Of a stretch of 64,000 nt of DNA, positions 29,017-39,047 are shown in pieces. A program made the translations under genes and the position numbers. The stretch spans positions 2,050-66,049 of the forward strand of contig JBHACZ010000024.1 in the NCBI GenBank assembly GCA_041854825.1, read 5' to 3'. Origin of the DNA: Porphyromonas sp. (GTDB lineage Bacteria; Bacteroidota; Bacteroidia; Bacteroidales; Porphyromonadaceae). The notes below the pieces were generated by a model that worked only from the letters and a program-made list of their open reading frames with translations, was not told where the DNA came from and searched no databases. Within the stretch, counting starts at the first letter, position 1, and every line of letters begins with the position of its first letter.

Positions 29017-29235
29017 TCTCCCGACACATCACTGAAGTCTCCCTCGACACTTCAGTGATGTCTCCCCCGACACTCAAGTAGACACTCCCCAGACACTCAA
29101 GTAGGGAGTCACTCGACACTCAAGTAGGGACTCGGGTGACTCCCTACTTGAGTGTCCGAGGAGTACCAAGGTGCTAGTCCCCTTACACGTACGCGCGTGC
29201 GTATATACGCGCGCACGCGTATATAATATCGGTCT
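29017..29235. repeat. Family A array (A3): 5 units, inverted unit(s) and 42-nt RY tract
   Basis: GACAC cores at 29023, 29046, 29069, 29092, 29115 (23-bp period); inverted CCCTACTTGAGTGTCCGAGGAGTACCAAGGT; terminus ending ATATAATATCGGTCT. Confidence 0.95.
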
Positions 29236-29342
29236 ACGGGGATGGTACGATTTTTCTCATCGGGAGACCTCCCAGTTCGCCCCTCCATCACAGCCCCCAT
29301 ACCGACGGCACAAGTAGTCCGAATATACCCTGGACATGTCGG

Positions 29343-29378
29343 TATCTTTGCGATTTCGATTGTGAAGTAGTATCTTTG
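29343..29378 (+). promoter_or_regulatory. Two -7 elements upstream of ECF sigma operon
   Basis: TATCTTTG at 29343-29350 and 29371-29378. Confidence 0.55.
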
Positions 29379-29512
29379 CTGTGTCAAGTCGGCATTCAAC
29401 ACTAGAGCACATACACTTTGCGTTAGTGCTCTAGAGCGTCCTCTCCCTCCCCAGACGCTACAGGAAATCGATCATGCTGCGGACGGAGTCCCGCTTGACA
29501 AAAGGAAAGTAG

Positions 29513-30082
29513 ATGAAAGCAAATACGGTCACAGAAGCAGAGCTGCAACACATGCTCGCGGACGCCTCCACGCGTCGGCGCGCTTTCTCATTGATCGTAG
29601 AGAAGTATTCTCAGCAAGTTTACTGGCAGCTACGTCGGATGGTCTATTCACACGATGACGCCAGCGACCTAGTGCAGAATACATTCATCAAAGCCTGGGA
29701 GGCGATCGAGGGATTCAGAGGCGAAGCCAAAGTCTCTACCTGGCTGTATCGCATCGCCATGTACGAGGGGCTCAACTTCATCAAGCAGCAGAAGCGCAGA
29801 GACGAGATGCACCTGCGTCCCGAGGATGATGCCCAGTCTGAGTATCTAATGAGCCGCCTCGAGAGTGATGCCTATTTCGACGGCGACGACTACGAGCGAC
29901 GCTTCCAGGAGGCGCTGGTCACCCTCCCCGAGAAGCAACAGCTGGTCTTTCGCCTGCGCTACTACGATGAGATGCCCTACGAGCAAATATCTCAGCTCAC
30001 AGGAACCTCCGTCGGCGCCCTCAAGGCAAGCTACCACCACGCTCAAAAGAAAATTACCGCCCTACTCGGCGAGGAAGAATAA
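29513..30082 (+). CDS. ECF sigma-70 factor
   Basis: DLVQNTFIKAW, FRGEAKVSTWLYRIA (region 2), LPEKQQLVFRLRYYDEMPYEQIS and ALKASYHHA (region 4). Confidence 0.92.
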   Translation: MKANTVTEAELQHMLADASTRRRAFSLIVEKYSQQVYWQLRRMVYSHDDASDLVQNTFIKAWEAIEGFRGEAKVSTWLYRIAMYEGLNFIKQQKRRDEMHLRPEDDAQSEYLMSRLESDAYFDGDDYERRFQEALVTLPEKQQLVFRLRYYDEMPYEQISQLTGTSVGALKASYHHAQKKITALLGEEE

Positions 30083-30135
30083 ACCTCGGGCGCGGAAGAT
30101 TGTCATAGTATCAAAGACAAAACGACGAGACAGTG

Positions 30136-30540
30136 ATGGTAACAAGACGACACAACGACCCAGAGCTACACGGCCTGCCCCACCCAGAGCAGAGTGCTAG
30201 CCACTACAGCACCCCCGAGGGCTTCCTCGACGGGCTGGCAGAGACGATCATGAGTCGCCTCCCCGATGAGCAGGAGCTCGCCGAGGTGCCAGCACTACCC
30301 GTCAGCTGGTGGACCAAGGCAAAGCCGATCGTATATCTCGCTGCCTGCTTCGTAGGGCTAGCACTGATCTTCCAGGGCATTCGTAGCCTAGAGACGAAGA
30401 CAGGACTTACGGCAGAGGACAAGGCGAAGGTCGAGGCGATAGACGACAGCGAATGGGCTGTCTACTACAGCGAATACAGTAGTGCGATCATCGACCAAGA
30501 CCACGAGCGGGAGCTAAGCCGAGAGATAGACCAGCTCTAA
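30136..30540 (+). CDS. Putative membrane anti-sigma factor
   Basis: Directly after the sigma gene; TPEGFLD N-terminal motif and single TM (YLAACFVGLALIF). Confidence 0.6.
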   Translation: MVTRRHNDPELHGLPHPEQSASHYSTPEGFLDGLAETIMSRLPDEQELAEVPALPVSWWTKAKPIVYLAACFVGLALIFQGIRSLETKTGLTAEDKAKVEAIDDSEWAVYYSEYSSAIIDQDHERELSREIDQL

Positions 30541-30563
30541 ACAGACTAATTGATACAGAGACA

Positions 30564-31025
30564 ATGAAGCGAATCATACTAACCGGGCTACTAAGCTTGA
30601 CGATGCTCACCGGAGCCTATGCCTCCGCGCAGGATGGTCCAGCAGGCAAGGGACCTTCGCGAGAGCAAGTGATCCAGCAGAAGCGAGCTTTCCTCACCCG
30701 AGAGCTAGAGCTTAGCGAGCAGGAGATCAACGCGCTGATGCCCATCCTCGAGGAGCTCGACGTCAAGCGCTTCCAGCTCTGGAAAGAATCGGAGTCCACA
30801 CGCAGACGCATTCAGAGTAAGGATGCCTCACTCACCGAGAGTGACCTGCGTCGCTACTTCGAGCAGCAACTAGAGGGCAAGGTGAGAGAAGCCGAACTCG
30901 AACGCACCTACTACACGAGGTGCAAGGATGCCCTCCCCATCAGCAAGCTCGTACATCTTGAGCGCACTAACAGGAAGTTTGCCCGTGAGTTCTTCGGCAA
31001 GGACAGAGGCCAACATCGACGCTAG
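30564..31025 (+). CDS. Periplasmic helical protein (Spy/CpxP-like)
   Basis: Signal peptide; KRAFLTRELELSEQE; third gene of the conserved Bacteroidota sigma/anti-sigma/periplasmic trio. Confidence 0.55.
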   Translation: MKRIILTGLLSLTMLTGAYASAQDGPAGKGPSREQVIQQKRAFLTRELELSEQEINALMPILEELDVKRFQLWKESESTRRRIQSKDASLTESDLRRYFEQQLEGKVREAELERTYYTRCKDALPISKLVHLERTNRKFAREFFGKDRGQHRR

Positions 31026-31121
31026 CTCATATTCTCCTAAGTAGAGCTAGGACGCGCAAAGCATTCCCCACTGGATAGTGGGTATCGAAAGATAAGAACT
31101 TTTCATAGCGTTTATTAGGAA

Positions 31122-31158
31122 GAGTGCCATGGCCCGGGAGGGTCGTGGCATTCGTTTT
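31122..31158 (+). terminator. Terminator after sigma operon
   Basis: GAGTGCCATGGCCC / GGGTCGTGGCATTC stem (with G-U pairs) followed by GTTTT. Confidence 0.6.
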
Positions 31159-31282
31159 ATATACCCCTCGATGTCTGCAGACACACGCACCAGCAGCTTT
31201 CTCCATCTCTGACACTATTAATAGGTAGCTCCATAGGGCGAAATACCTATTTGTGGCGATTGCCCGCGCTGGGGGCTTGCCG

Positions 31283-31290
31283 TATTTTTG
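31283..31290 (+). promoter_or_regulatory. -7 promoter element for TonB-dependent receptor
   Basis: TATTTTTG 40 nt before ATG 31330. Confidence 0.5.
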
Positions 31291-31329
31291 CAGGGCAAAA
31301 CAGCAATTATAGGCGATTATCACTATATA

Positions 31330-33786
31330 ATGAACAAAATACTGACTGCCCTAGCTCTCGCGCTGGCGATCACTCAGGGACTTATAGCTCAGAAAAGCGA
31401 GCGCCCAGCCGAGTACCGCAAGGCAAGGAGCGAACGCTCAGAGCGCGATCAGCGATCAGCCTCCGTGCGTGGACGCATCACCAGTAGCGATGGCGCTCTG
31501 GAGTACGCGACCGTCTACCTCCACGGGACGAATATACACACCGCCACCAACGCCCGAGGCGAATACCACCTCCCCATCCCCGCAGGCAAGCATTCTCTGC
31601 GCGTGCAGTACGTCGGCATGGCATCGCACAGCGAGGAGATCTCCGTACGTGGCGGCGAACGCCTCATCAGAGATATACGCCTCTCGGCAGACGGGAGCCA
31701 GGTACTGCGCGAGCAGGTCGTGGTCGGTCGTCGAGAGGGGCGACGCGAGCGAGACCTTGGCTTTGCCGTCCAGCTCGTCGAGACACAGGCACTCGCCTCT
31801 CAGTCCATTCAAACCAGCGAGATCCTCGAGCGTGCTGCTGGGGTCAAGGTGCGTCAGGACGGCGGGCTTGGCTCACGGACGAACTTCAACATCAATGGCT
31901 TCTCGGGCAATGCCGTCCGCATCTTCATCGATGGTACACCAGCAGACAACTACGGCTCTGCCTTCTCCCTGCAGAGCATACCTCCCTCCCTCATCGAGCG
32001 CATCGAAGTCTTCAAGGGTGTCGTCCCTGGTCACCTAGCCTCCGACGCTCTCGGTGGCGCTATCAATGTCATCCTCAAGAATCAGCGTCGCACCTCCCTC
32101 CAGACCTCGTACTCTCTAGGGAGCTTCAACACCCATCAGTGGAACATGACCGGTAGCCTTCGCTCCAGCAAAGGCTTTGCCCTCGAGGGATCAGCCTTCT
32201 ACAACTATAGTGACAATGACTACGAAGTCTGGGGCAAGGACATAGAGCTCAAAGACTACCTCGGTCGCGTACGCCCTGCCACTGAGCGCATGCGTCGCTT
32301 CCACGACGCTTACAGCTCCTACGGGGCGCGCGCCAGCGTGGGGCTAGTGCGTCAGAGCTGGGCGGACAAGTTCATGCTCACGGGGATATTCTCCGACACC
32401 TACAAGGAGATGCAGCACGGCACGACCATGCGCAACGTCTATGGCGACCGCCACAGCCGTGGGGACAGTCGTATCCTCGAGCTAACCTATCACAAGAAAG
32501 GTCTCCTGCCCCGCTTCGACCTTGCCTTAGATGCCTCCTATTCCTGGATCGGGCGGCAGATCATCGATACCGTCGGCATTATGTACAGCTGGGCAGGTCC
32601 TATCCTCAACGCCTCTGGTCAGCCCCTGCGCTATACCAAGGGGGCAGAGGTCGCCAGCCAGCCCACACTTGCCCGCGACGATGACAAGACGCTGATGCTA
32701 CGAGCCATGCTGACCTATCACTTCACCAAGACAAGCCACCTGCACCTAGGTTACCTCTTCAACGACTTCCGTCGCTCGGTCTCTGACCCACTCGAGGATC
32801 CTCGCCTCGTCCAGCTAGCTGACACCCGCGACCTTGCCAAGGGCGTGCTGACTGCCACCTACGAGCGTATCGACCTGGATGGCAAGCTGCGCTCCAGCCT
32901 CTTCTACAAGCACTACCACCAGCACGCCACTTCGCACGAGCCTTATCTCAGCAGTGGGGAGGTGCTGACGAACTCCTTCTCCAAGGATGTGAACTTCAGT
33001 GGCTACGGCATCACGCTCTCCTATTCGCTCACCCCACGCCTCCAGCTCCTAGGCTCGGCTGAGCGCGCCCTGCGCATGCCTTCGCCCAACGAGCTATTCG
33101 GCAACTCCTCTGCCAACCTCCTCCCCCCAGCCACTGAGCTAGAGCCTGAGCGCAGCACCAACGTCAATTTCGGTGCCATCTATACCCTTGACCTCGGTGC
33201 GCACCGCCTCGGGCTCAATGGTACGCTACTCTATCGCGACACCCGTGGCATGATCCGCCAGGCGATCATGGGAGGTAGCTTCGACTACTCTCGCTACGAG
33301 AATCTCGAGAACGTCCTCTCCTATGGCATAGACACCGAGCTAACCTACAGCTACGACCACAGGCTAGAGGCACGCATCAGCCTCTCGAAGCTACAGGCAC
33401 TCTTCAACACGGAGTACGATCAGCTCGGCGATCGCTACCAATACTACCGCATGCACATTCGCAACGAGCCTTCCTTCAAGGTCAATGGTACCCTCTCCTA
33501 CACCCAGCCCAATCTCTTCGCTCGCGGAGGACGTGGCACCATCCACACGAGTATCAACTATGTCGAGGCATTCCATCGTGACTGGTCGAACGTAGGGTCA
33601 AACAACCTCGCGATCATCCCCACTCTCCTAACCACAGACCTCGGGCTGTCGTACTCCTTCCCCAAGCATCGCCTCACCCTCAGCCTAGATGCCAAGAACA
33701 TCTTCGACCGCCAGGTGTACGACAACTATGGGCTACAGAAGCCAGGGCGCTCACTCTTTGCCAAGGTCAGCTACCGCATCTTCTAG
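31330..33786 (+). CDS. TonB-dependent outer-membrane receptor with N-terminal carboxypeptidase-regulatory-like domain
   Basis: Signal peptide; NARGEY, plug motifs VRQDGGLGS and IERIEVFKG..DALGGAINV; L.PERS; C-terminal QKPGRSLFAKVSYRIF ending in Phe. Confidence 0.92.
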   Translation: MNKILTALALALAITQGLIAQKSERPAEYRKARSERSERDQRSASVRGRITSSDGALEYATVYLHGTNIHTATNARGEYHLPIPAGKHSLRVQYVGMASHSEEISVRGGERLIRDIRLSADGSQVLREQVVVGRREGRRERDLGFAVQLVETQALASQSIQTSEILERAAGVKVRQDGGLGSRTNFNINGFSGNAVRIFIDGTPADNYGSAFSLQSIPPSLIERIEVFKGVVPGHLASDALGGAINVILKNQRRTSLQTSYSLGSFNTHQWNMTGSLRSSKGFALEGSAFYNYSDNDYEVWGKDIELKDYLGRVRPATERMRRFHDAYSSYGARASVGLVRQSWADKFMLTGIFSDTYKEMQHGTTMRNVYGDRHSRGDSRILELTYHKKGLLPRFDLALDASYSWIGRQIIDTVGIMYSWAGPILNASGQPLRYTKGAEVASQPTLARDDDKTLMLRAMLTYHFTKTSHLHLGYLFNDFRRSVSDPLEDPRLVQLADTRDLAKGVLTATYERIDLDGKLRSSLFYKHYHQHATSHEPYLSSGEVLTNSFSKDVNFSGYGITLSYSLTPRLQLLGSAERALRMPSPNELFGNSSANLLPPATELEPERSTNVNFGAIYTLDLGAHRLGLNGTLLYRDTRGMIRQAIMGGSFDYSRYENLENVLSYGIDTELTYSYDHRLEARISLSKLQALFNTEYDQLGDRYQYYRMHIRNEPSFKVNGTLSYTQPNLFARGGRGTIHTSINYVEAFHRDWSNVGSNNLAIIPTLLTTDLGLSYSFPKHRLTLSLDAKNIFDRQVYDNYGLQKPGRSLFAKVSYRIF

Positions 33787-33861
33787 CCTCCTCTCATTCG
33801 CCCTCGGGCGAACCTATCTCAGCAATAAGGATTCAAACCAAACTTCAATAACTCCTAAGTA

Positions 33862-35184
33862 ATGACAAACTTCAAAACTCTACTCACCACCACCGCCCTG
33901 GCGACCTTGCTCCTCACGTCCTGCGACACCAAGAACGAACCCAACGGGGGCAACAGCACCAACGAGGGTCTCAAGGGTGACTTCCACATCGCCTTCGCCA
34001 ACGGTACGGGCAATCCCTCTGGCACGCTCGTGCAGGGTGTCAGCGACCTCTCACAGGGAACCATCACCTCCGCCCGAGGCTTCCAGCTCGAATCTGCCCG
34101 CACGGCACGCATCTTCCCCTCTAGCGATGGTAAGACCATCTGGAGCCTCAACTATACAGTAGGCTCAGTAGAGAAGCTCACCTACCTCGGCTCTGACCAG
34201 TACTCCCAGGTTGCCCGCATCGACGCCTCTATTCCCCTAGGGACGAAGACCCTCCGCTTCACCAAGATCAATGATCAGGTCGGCTCGCTCCACTATATCT
34301 CTGCCAAGGCTGTCATCGGCGAAGACAATAAGTACTCGCACCACGCACACGAGCTGACTATCGGCATGCTCGACCTCGACAAGATGGAGCTTCTCCCAGG
34401 CTATCGCAAGGCTGTCGCCCTTACGCTCCCCGACGAATACGCCAAGGCTGGCTACTTCATCAGCCGTATCGATGCCCCCATCCTCTCGGGCGGGAAGCTC
34501 TACTACGGCTGTGCCGTCTCTATCGCCGACCCTGCTAAGCCCACGGCACAGACAGGGCTAGCGACAGACAAGGCGTTCACCCTCGTGGTAGACTACAACG
34601 ACCTCACCAAGGCAAGTGTCATAGCGACCGACATCGTCCGCGGTGCGACCAACGGCTACCGCACCCCTGCTCAGCATCTGATGGAGGACGGCAGCGTGCT
34701 TCAGCTCGTCAGCGGTGTACAGGCGAACGGTCAGAAGGAGGTACACCTCGTTAAGCTCCAGAATGGGACTTACACCTCCTTCAACCTCAACCTCACCAGC
34801 CTCCTCGGCAAGCAGACCAATAGCTATGGCTTCTTCTACGCAGGCAATGGCATCGCCTACATCCCCTACGAAGACCTAAGCACCGAGCGCAAGTCTGTCG
34901 GTGTCGATGCCCAAGGCAAAGAGACCCTCTCGAGCATGTGGAAACTCGCCCGTGTGGATCTGAACAAGGGAACAGCCATCGACCTTAACGTCCCCGACAA
35001 CCTCTGGCTCCGTCAGTATCAGAATGCAGTCGTACGCAATGGAGTATTCTACATCGCCCTCGCTCCGGTCGCACAGGCAGGACATATCTATATGTTCGAC
35101 GTGGCGAGCGAGAGCCCCACGGGTCGCCTAGGCGCTTCGCTCCAGGGCACAGGTGCAGAGCAGTACTTCATCGGCATCTACTAG
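33862..35184 (+). CDS. Surface lipoprotein partner of the TBDT (DUF4374-like, tentative)
   Basis: Lipobox LLTS-C then DTKNE; beta-rich sequence; co-oriented directly after the receptor. Family assignment is from resemblance only. Confidence 0.6.
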   Translation: MTNFKTLLTTTALATLLLTSCDTKNEPNGGNSTNEGLKGDFHIAFANGTGNPSGTLVQGVSDLSQGTITSARGFQLESARTARIFPSSDGKTIWSLNYTVGSVEKLTYLGSDQYSQVARIDASIPLGTKTLRFTKINDQVGSLHYISAKAVIGEDNKYSHHAHELTIGMLDLDKMELLPGYRKAVALTLPDEYAKAGYFISRIDAPILSGGKLYYGCAVSIADPAKPTAQTGLATDKAFTLVVDYNDLTKASVIATDIVRGATNGYRTPAQHLMEDGSVLQLVSGVQANGQKEVHLVKLQNGTYTSFNLNLTSLLGKQTNSYGFFYAGNGIAYIPYEDLSTERKSVGVDAQGKETLSSMWKLARVDLNKGTAIDLNVPDNLWLRQYQNAVVRNGVFYIALAPVAQAGHIYMFDVASESPTGRLGASLQGTGAEQYFIGIY

Positions 35185-35242
35185 CCTCCGACCTAGCTAA
35201 CCAAGCCACCTTCCCTTCCGCATCCCCTACGGGATGACCATG

Positions 35243-35283
35243 CCAGCGGTAGCGACTCATCCAGTCGCTACCGCTGGTCTTTT
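35243..35283 (+). terminator. Terminator after lipoprotein gene
   Basis: CCAGCGGTAGCGACT / AGTCGCTACCGCTGG followed by TCTTTT. Confidence 0.8.
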
Positions 35284-35325
35284 GCATGCCCCGAGAGAGA
35301 ACTTCTTCCTCTCCTCGGGAAGAAA

Positions 35326-35354
35326 TTCTTCAGTTCACGTCGTGACCTGAAGAA
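35326..35354. repeat. Family B minimal element (B2): one core between both inverted ends
   Basis: TTCTTCAGTT-CACGTCGTG-ACCTGAAGAA, with the same ends as B1 and B3. Confidence 0.85.
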
Positions 35355-35397
35355 GTAATAAGGCACTAGCCCCATTTAGGAGCTAGTGCCTTATTAC
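35355..35397 (-). terminator. 16-bp perfect hairpin downstream of fmt
   Basis: GTAATAAGGCACTAGC / GCTAGTGCCTTATTAC. Confidence 0.65.
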
Positions 35398-35448
35398 ATT
35401 GTGTCGCCCGAGGCAAAGGGTTTGCCTGCGGGGCAGAGAGAGGGAGGA

Positions 35449-36387
35449 TTACCTTAGGCCATTGATCACGTCTGTAGCCGTCATACGCTTCTTGCCTGCG
35501 GGCTGGAGAGATGTGAGGCGTAGAGCGCCGAGACCACACACGACCTCGATCGTGTGCTTGCCCTCGATAAGGACAGTACCTGGAGCTAGCCCCTCGTGGC
35601 GGGATTGAGGCGCGACGACTTCGGTAGCGAAGACCTTGAGCGCCTGAGGCTCGGTTTGCCCTGGGAAGAGAAGCTCGGTCCATGCCGAGGGGTAAGGGCA
35701 AAGCCCGCGGACGAAGTTGTACAGCTCCGAGGCAGGACGCGTCCAGTCGATGCGGGTATTGTCCTTGGTGAGCTTGGGTGCATGGGTCATCGCCTCACTC
35801 ATCTCGGTCTGCGGTGTGGAGCGGGGAGGCGTGCCAGAGGCGAAGAGCTTCACAGTCTCCTCCAGTAGCTCCGCACCGATATACATGAGGCGATCATGCA
35901 CGTCGCCCGTGGTATCTGTGGGTGAGATCGGCGTCGAGGCTTGCAGGAGGACGTCGCCCGTATCGATCTCGTGCTGAAGCTGGAAGGTAGAGACGCCCGT
36001 CTCAGTATCACCATTCATCACCGCCCAATGGATGGGGGCAGCACCACGATAGCGAGGCAAGAGAGAGCCATGCAGATTGACCGTGCCAAGGCGTGGCAGA
36101 CGCCACACTTCCTCGGGTAGCATGCGAAAAGCCACCACTAGCCCTAGATCAGGGTCTATCTCCCTAAGGCGAGCGATAAATGCCTCATCGCGTAGGCGAA
36201 CAGGCTGTAGCACTTCGATCCCGCGCTCCAGGGCATAACGCTTGATGCGGCTCTCCTGTAGCTTCATCCCGCGTCCCGCGGGCTTGTCGGGCATCGTTAC
36301 CACGGCGCGCACGTCGTGTCCATGCTCGACGAGTCGCTCCAGTGCTGGCAAGGCGAAGTCTGCCGTTGCCATGTAGATCAATTTCAT
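35449..36387 (-). CDS. fmt: Methionyl-tRNA formyltransferase
   Basis: VVTMPDKPAGRG, VVAFRML, NLHGSLLPRYRGAAPI, DTGD, HAPKL. Confidence 0.95.
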   Translation of the reverse strand: MKLIYMATADFALPALERLVEHGHDVRAVVTMPDKPAGRGMKLQESRIKRYALERGIEVLQPVRLRDEAFIARLREIDPDLGLVVAFRMLPEEVWRLPRLGTVNLHGSLLPRYRGAAPIHWAVMNGDTETGVSTFQLQHEIDTGDVLLQASTPISPTDTTGDVHDRLMYIGAELLEETVKLFASGTPPRSTPQTEMSEAMTHAPKLTKDNTRIDWTRPASELYNFVRGLCPYPSAWTELLFPGQTEPQALKVFATEVVAPQSRHEGLAPGTVLIEGKHTIEVVCGLGALRLTSLQPAGKKRMTATDVINGLR

Positions 36388-36410
36388 TCGTTGGATAGGT
36401 CTTGGGGGGA

Positions 36411-37751
36411 TTACTTCCCCGTTACACTTTTGTTCATCATCAGCTCCAGCACTCTACGATCAGTCTCCTGCATCGCCTCGCGTCCGATGAGCGCAAGATT
36501 GCGAATGCACGCATCGACATCGTCATGCACGATGCCCTCGATCGAGGTGCAGTGCCCGTGCTCCATCGCTAGCAGAGCAGCGATCATAGCAGAGCCTATA
36601 CCCGTAGATGCCTTGAGGCTACAACTGGGCTTAGCTCCATCACAGATCATGCCCGTGACGTTGCCGACCATGTTCATGATGGCATAGCTCGACTGCTCAC
36701 GAGTACCCCCCATGAGGTAGACGAGGGCGGCAGACGAACCTATACCCGAGACGACCATCCCGCACAAACCGCTAAGACGACCAAGGTACTGCTTGATATA
36801 GACGACCATGAGGCTACTAAGCATCAGCGCGCGAACGGTCTGTTCATAGCTCGCGTCCTGGGTCTCGGCGAAGGTCAGGACAGGGAGCGTCGCAGTAATG
36901 CCTTGGTTCCCACTGCCCGAGTTGCTCATCACGGTGAAAGGCGCCCCGCCCATACGGGCATCACACGCCGCACTGGTGGTAGCGATCATCTGCGTCAGCG
37001 GGCTATGCCCCATGAAGGCACGCCCTGCCTTGCTCCCTATCAAGCGCCCGACGCTGTGCCCGTAGTTTTCGCTGAGAGCACGGGTGCCGACCTCCTTATT
37101 CGTTAGGGCAGCGGCGTAGATAAACTCCAGCATCTCGAGCGGAGCCGTCATGGCATAGTCGTAAACGAGGGCATAGCTGAGAGCAATGTCCTTCTCCGTG
37201 ACCGTGCTGGCATCGATCACCTCGCCACAGTTGTCGGGAGCGATGGCGGCAGCTACTGTCGGTGGGGGGACGGGCTGACCACCTAGCGTCAGCAGGCGAA
37301 TGCCCGTGTGGGTGTACTCGATGATGCTCCGAGCCTCATTGTCTGCCACGTCCATGAGGATGGCTTCGGCATAGAGTTTATCGACGACCTCGTTCTCCTG
37401 GCAGAGCTGAATATCAATGATATCCTCCTCGACGAGGGCACGCGCCTTCGCTAGCGTCGCTTCGTCGAAGCCCTCTAGCACCTGCAGTCCGCGCTCGGGT
37501 CGAGCGATCACAGCCCCGAGGGCAATAGCAATGGGAATGCCGATCATACCCGTACCTGGGATGCCGACGCCCATGGCGTTCTTGATCATGTTCGCACTTA
37601 GGCGTACTGTGATCTGGCTGACACGGGCAGGGAGGATGCTCGCGGCGTATGCGACACCGAGAGCGATAGAGGCAGGCTCGGTACATCCCGTAGCTGGGAC
37701 GACCTCGCGCCTAATGAGTGCGTCAATGCGCTGGAGTAATGTAGAGTCCAT
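36411..37751 (-). CDS. L-cysteine desulfidase / serine dehydratase alpha-like (YhaM/CyuA, UPF0597)
   Basis: PATGCTEPASIA, KNAMGVGIPG, CDARMGG, SNSGSGNQG, LSGLCG, GMICDGAKPSCSLK. Confidence 0.85.
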   Translation of the reverse strand: MDSTLLQRIDALIRREVVPATGCTEPASIALGVAYAASILPARVSQITVRLSANMIKNAMGVGIPGTGMIGIPIAIALGAVIARPERGLQVLEGFDEATLAKARALVEEDIIDIQLCQENEVVDKLYAEAILMDVADNEARSIIEYTHTGIRLLTLGGQPVPPPTVAAAIAPDNCGEVIDASTVTEKDIALSYALVYDYAMTAPLEMLEFIYAAALTNKEVGTRALSENYGHSVGRLIGSKAGRAFMGHSPLTQMIATTSAACDARMGGAPFTVMSNSGSGNQGITATLPVLTFAETQDASYEQTVRALMLSSLMVVYIKQYLGRLSGLCGMVVSGIGSSAALVYLMGGTREQSSYAIMNMVGNVTGMICDGAKPSCSLKASTGIGSAMIAALLAMEHGHCTSIEGIVHDDVDACIRNLALIGREAMQETDRRVLELMMNKSVTGK

Positions 37752-37843
37752 AGATCTCTATAGTTTGAGAGGTGGCAGGTGAAAGGTGGTTAAAGTGGCG
37801 ACTCAGAGTGCAACGCCCTTTGACATCATCGCATAACTTCGCC

Positions 37844-38425
37844 TTAGACCCATGGGAAAATAACTAACCCGAGTACAGCCGCGACTGCCAGCACCAGCAG
37901 AGGACTACGGCGGTAGCGATAGACCGCCACGAAGCCCAGAGCGAAGAGCGCCACGCTAATGCCGAAGTGCAGAGGAGAGGTAAGGGGAGAGCCGAAATTA
38001 TCCTCAGTCATCAGCCCTATAGCTGCCGCAGCTATTAGCCCCACGATGGCAGGGCGCAAGCCTGCGAAAACGGACTTGACTAAGGGACGCTCACGGTAGC
38101 GTAGCAAGATTGCCCCGAGGGCAACCATCAGCACAAAGGGAAGCCAGATCACCGACAGAGATGCCACGAGTGCTCCGAGGATGCCGAGAGCAGGCGGGTA
38201 GCCCTCTGCCACCACGGCAGTATAGCCCACGTAGGTAGCGGCATTGATCCCAATAGGTCCGGGGGTCATCTGACTGATGGCGACGATATCGGTAAACTCC
38301 TGGGCAGTCAGCCACCCTTCGCGGGTAACCACCTCCGCCTGTATGAGGGAGAGCATCGCATAGCCTCCACCGAAGTTCACAATGCCGATCTTGCTAAAGA
38401 CGAGAAAGAGCTTGAGGAATATCAT
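37844..38425 (-). CDS. Short-chain chromate transporter (ChrA family), subunit 2
   Basis: KIGIVNFGGGYAM, SQMTPGPIGINAATYVG; start at ATG 38425 overlapping the upstream stop (ATGA). Confidence 0.85.
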   Translation of the reverse strand: MIFLKLFLVFSKIGIVNFGGGYAMLSLIQAEVVTREGWLTAQEFTDIVAISQMTPGPIGINAATYVGYTAVVAEGYPPALGILGALVASLSVIWLPFVLMVALGAILLRYRERPLVKSVFAGLRPAIVGLIAAAAIGLMTEDNFGSPLTSPLHFGISVALFALGFVAVYRYRRSPLLVLAVAAVLGLVIFPWV

Positions 38426-38967
38426 GCCTGCCGATGCTTGGTGTATAGTCCATAGAGCAAGCCCAAGGCGCCTGCTAGTAGGATGATGTAGATAGGAGAG
38501 ATGCCCAGCAAGGCTATTAGCCCCGCAGAGACGACGGGTATCCATATGGTCTGCCAGGAGAGCTTCGCCGAGCGCGCCATCGTGAAGACAGGAGCAGCGA
38601 TGAGAGCTACTGCTACAGGGCGAACAGCTCGGAAGGCATATTCGACCCACACGTTGTCTCGCATCGTGCGGAAGAACATGGCGATCGTGAGGATCACCAG
38701 CACAGAGGGAAGGATATTGGCAAGCGTTGCCACGATAGCCGCGCGAAGACCGCCGAGGCGATGCCCGATATGGCTACTCATATTCACGGCGAAGACACCC
38801 GGGGCAGTCTGCGCTACAGCGAGGACGTCTAGAAACTCCTCGCGCGTCAGCCATCCCTTGCGCTCTACCACCTCATGCTCCATCATGGGGATCATGGCAT
38901 ACCCACCCCCTATCGTGCCGATGCCGATACGGAAGAAGATGCCGAAAAGCGAAGCATTGAGACCCAT
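38422..38967 (-). CDS. Short-chain chromate transporter (ChrA family), subunit 1
   Basis: IGTIGGGYAMIP, AQTAPGVFAVN; start MGLNASLF. Confidence 0.85.
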   Translation of the reverse strand: MGLNASLFGIFFRIGIGTIGGGYAMIPMMEHEVVERKGWLTREEFLDVLAVAQTAPGVFAVNMSSHIGHRLGGLRAAIVATLANILPSVLVILTIAMFFRTMRDNVWVEYAFRAVRPVAVALIAAPVFTMARSAKLSWQTIWIPVVSAGLIALLGISPIYIILLAGALGLLYGLYTKHRQA

Positions 38968-39047
38968 AATGCTAGTGGGGTAAGGGTGTAACGTCGAGAG
39001 AGAAGGCAAGCGAAGCGATGCACGCTCTGCGCCTCCTCAGATAGAGA

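Noticed and set aside
31295-31330. Possible Fur box upstream of the TonB-dependent receptor (AATTATAGGCGATTATCACTATATAAT)
   Set aside because: Only a partial match to GATAATGATAATCATTATC, with no clean dyad; not supportable without a Bacteroidota-specific matrix.
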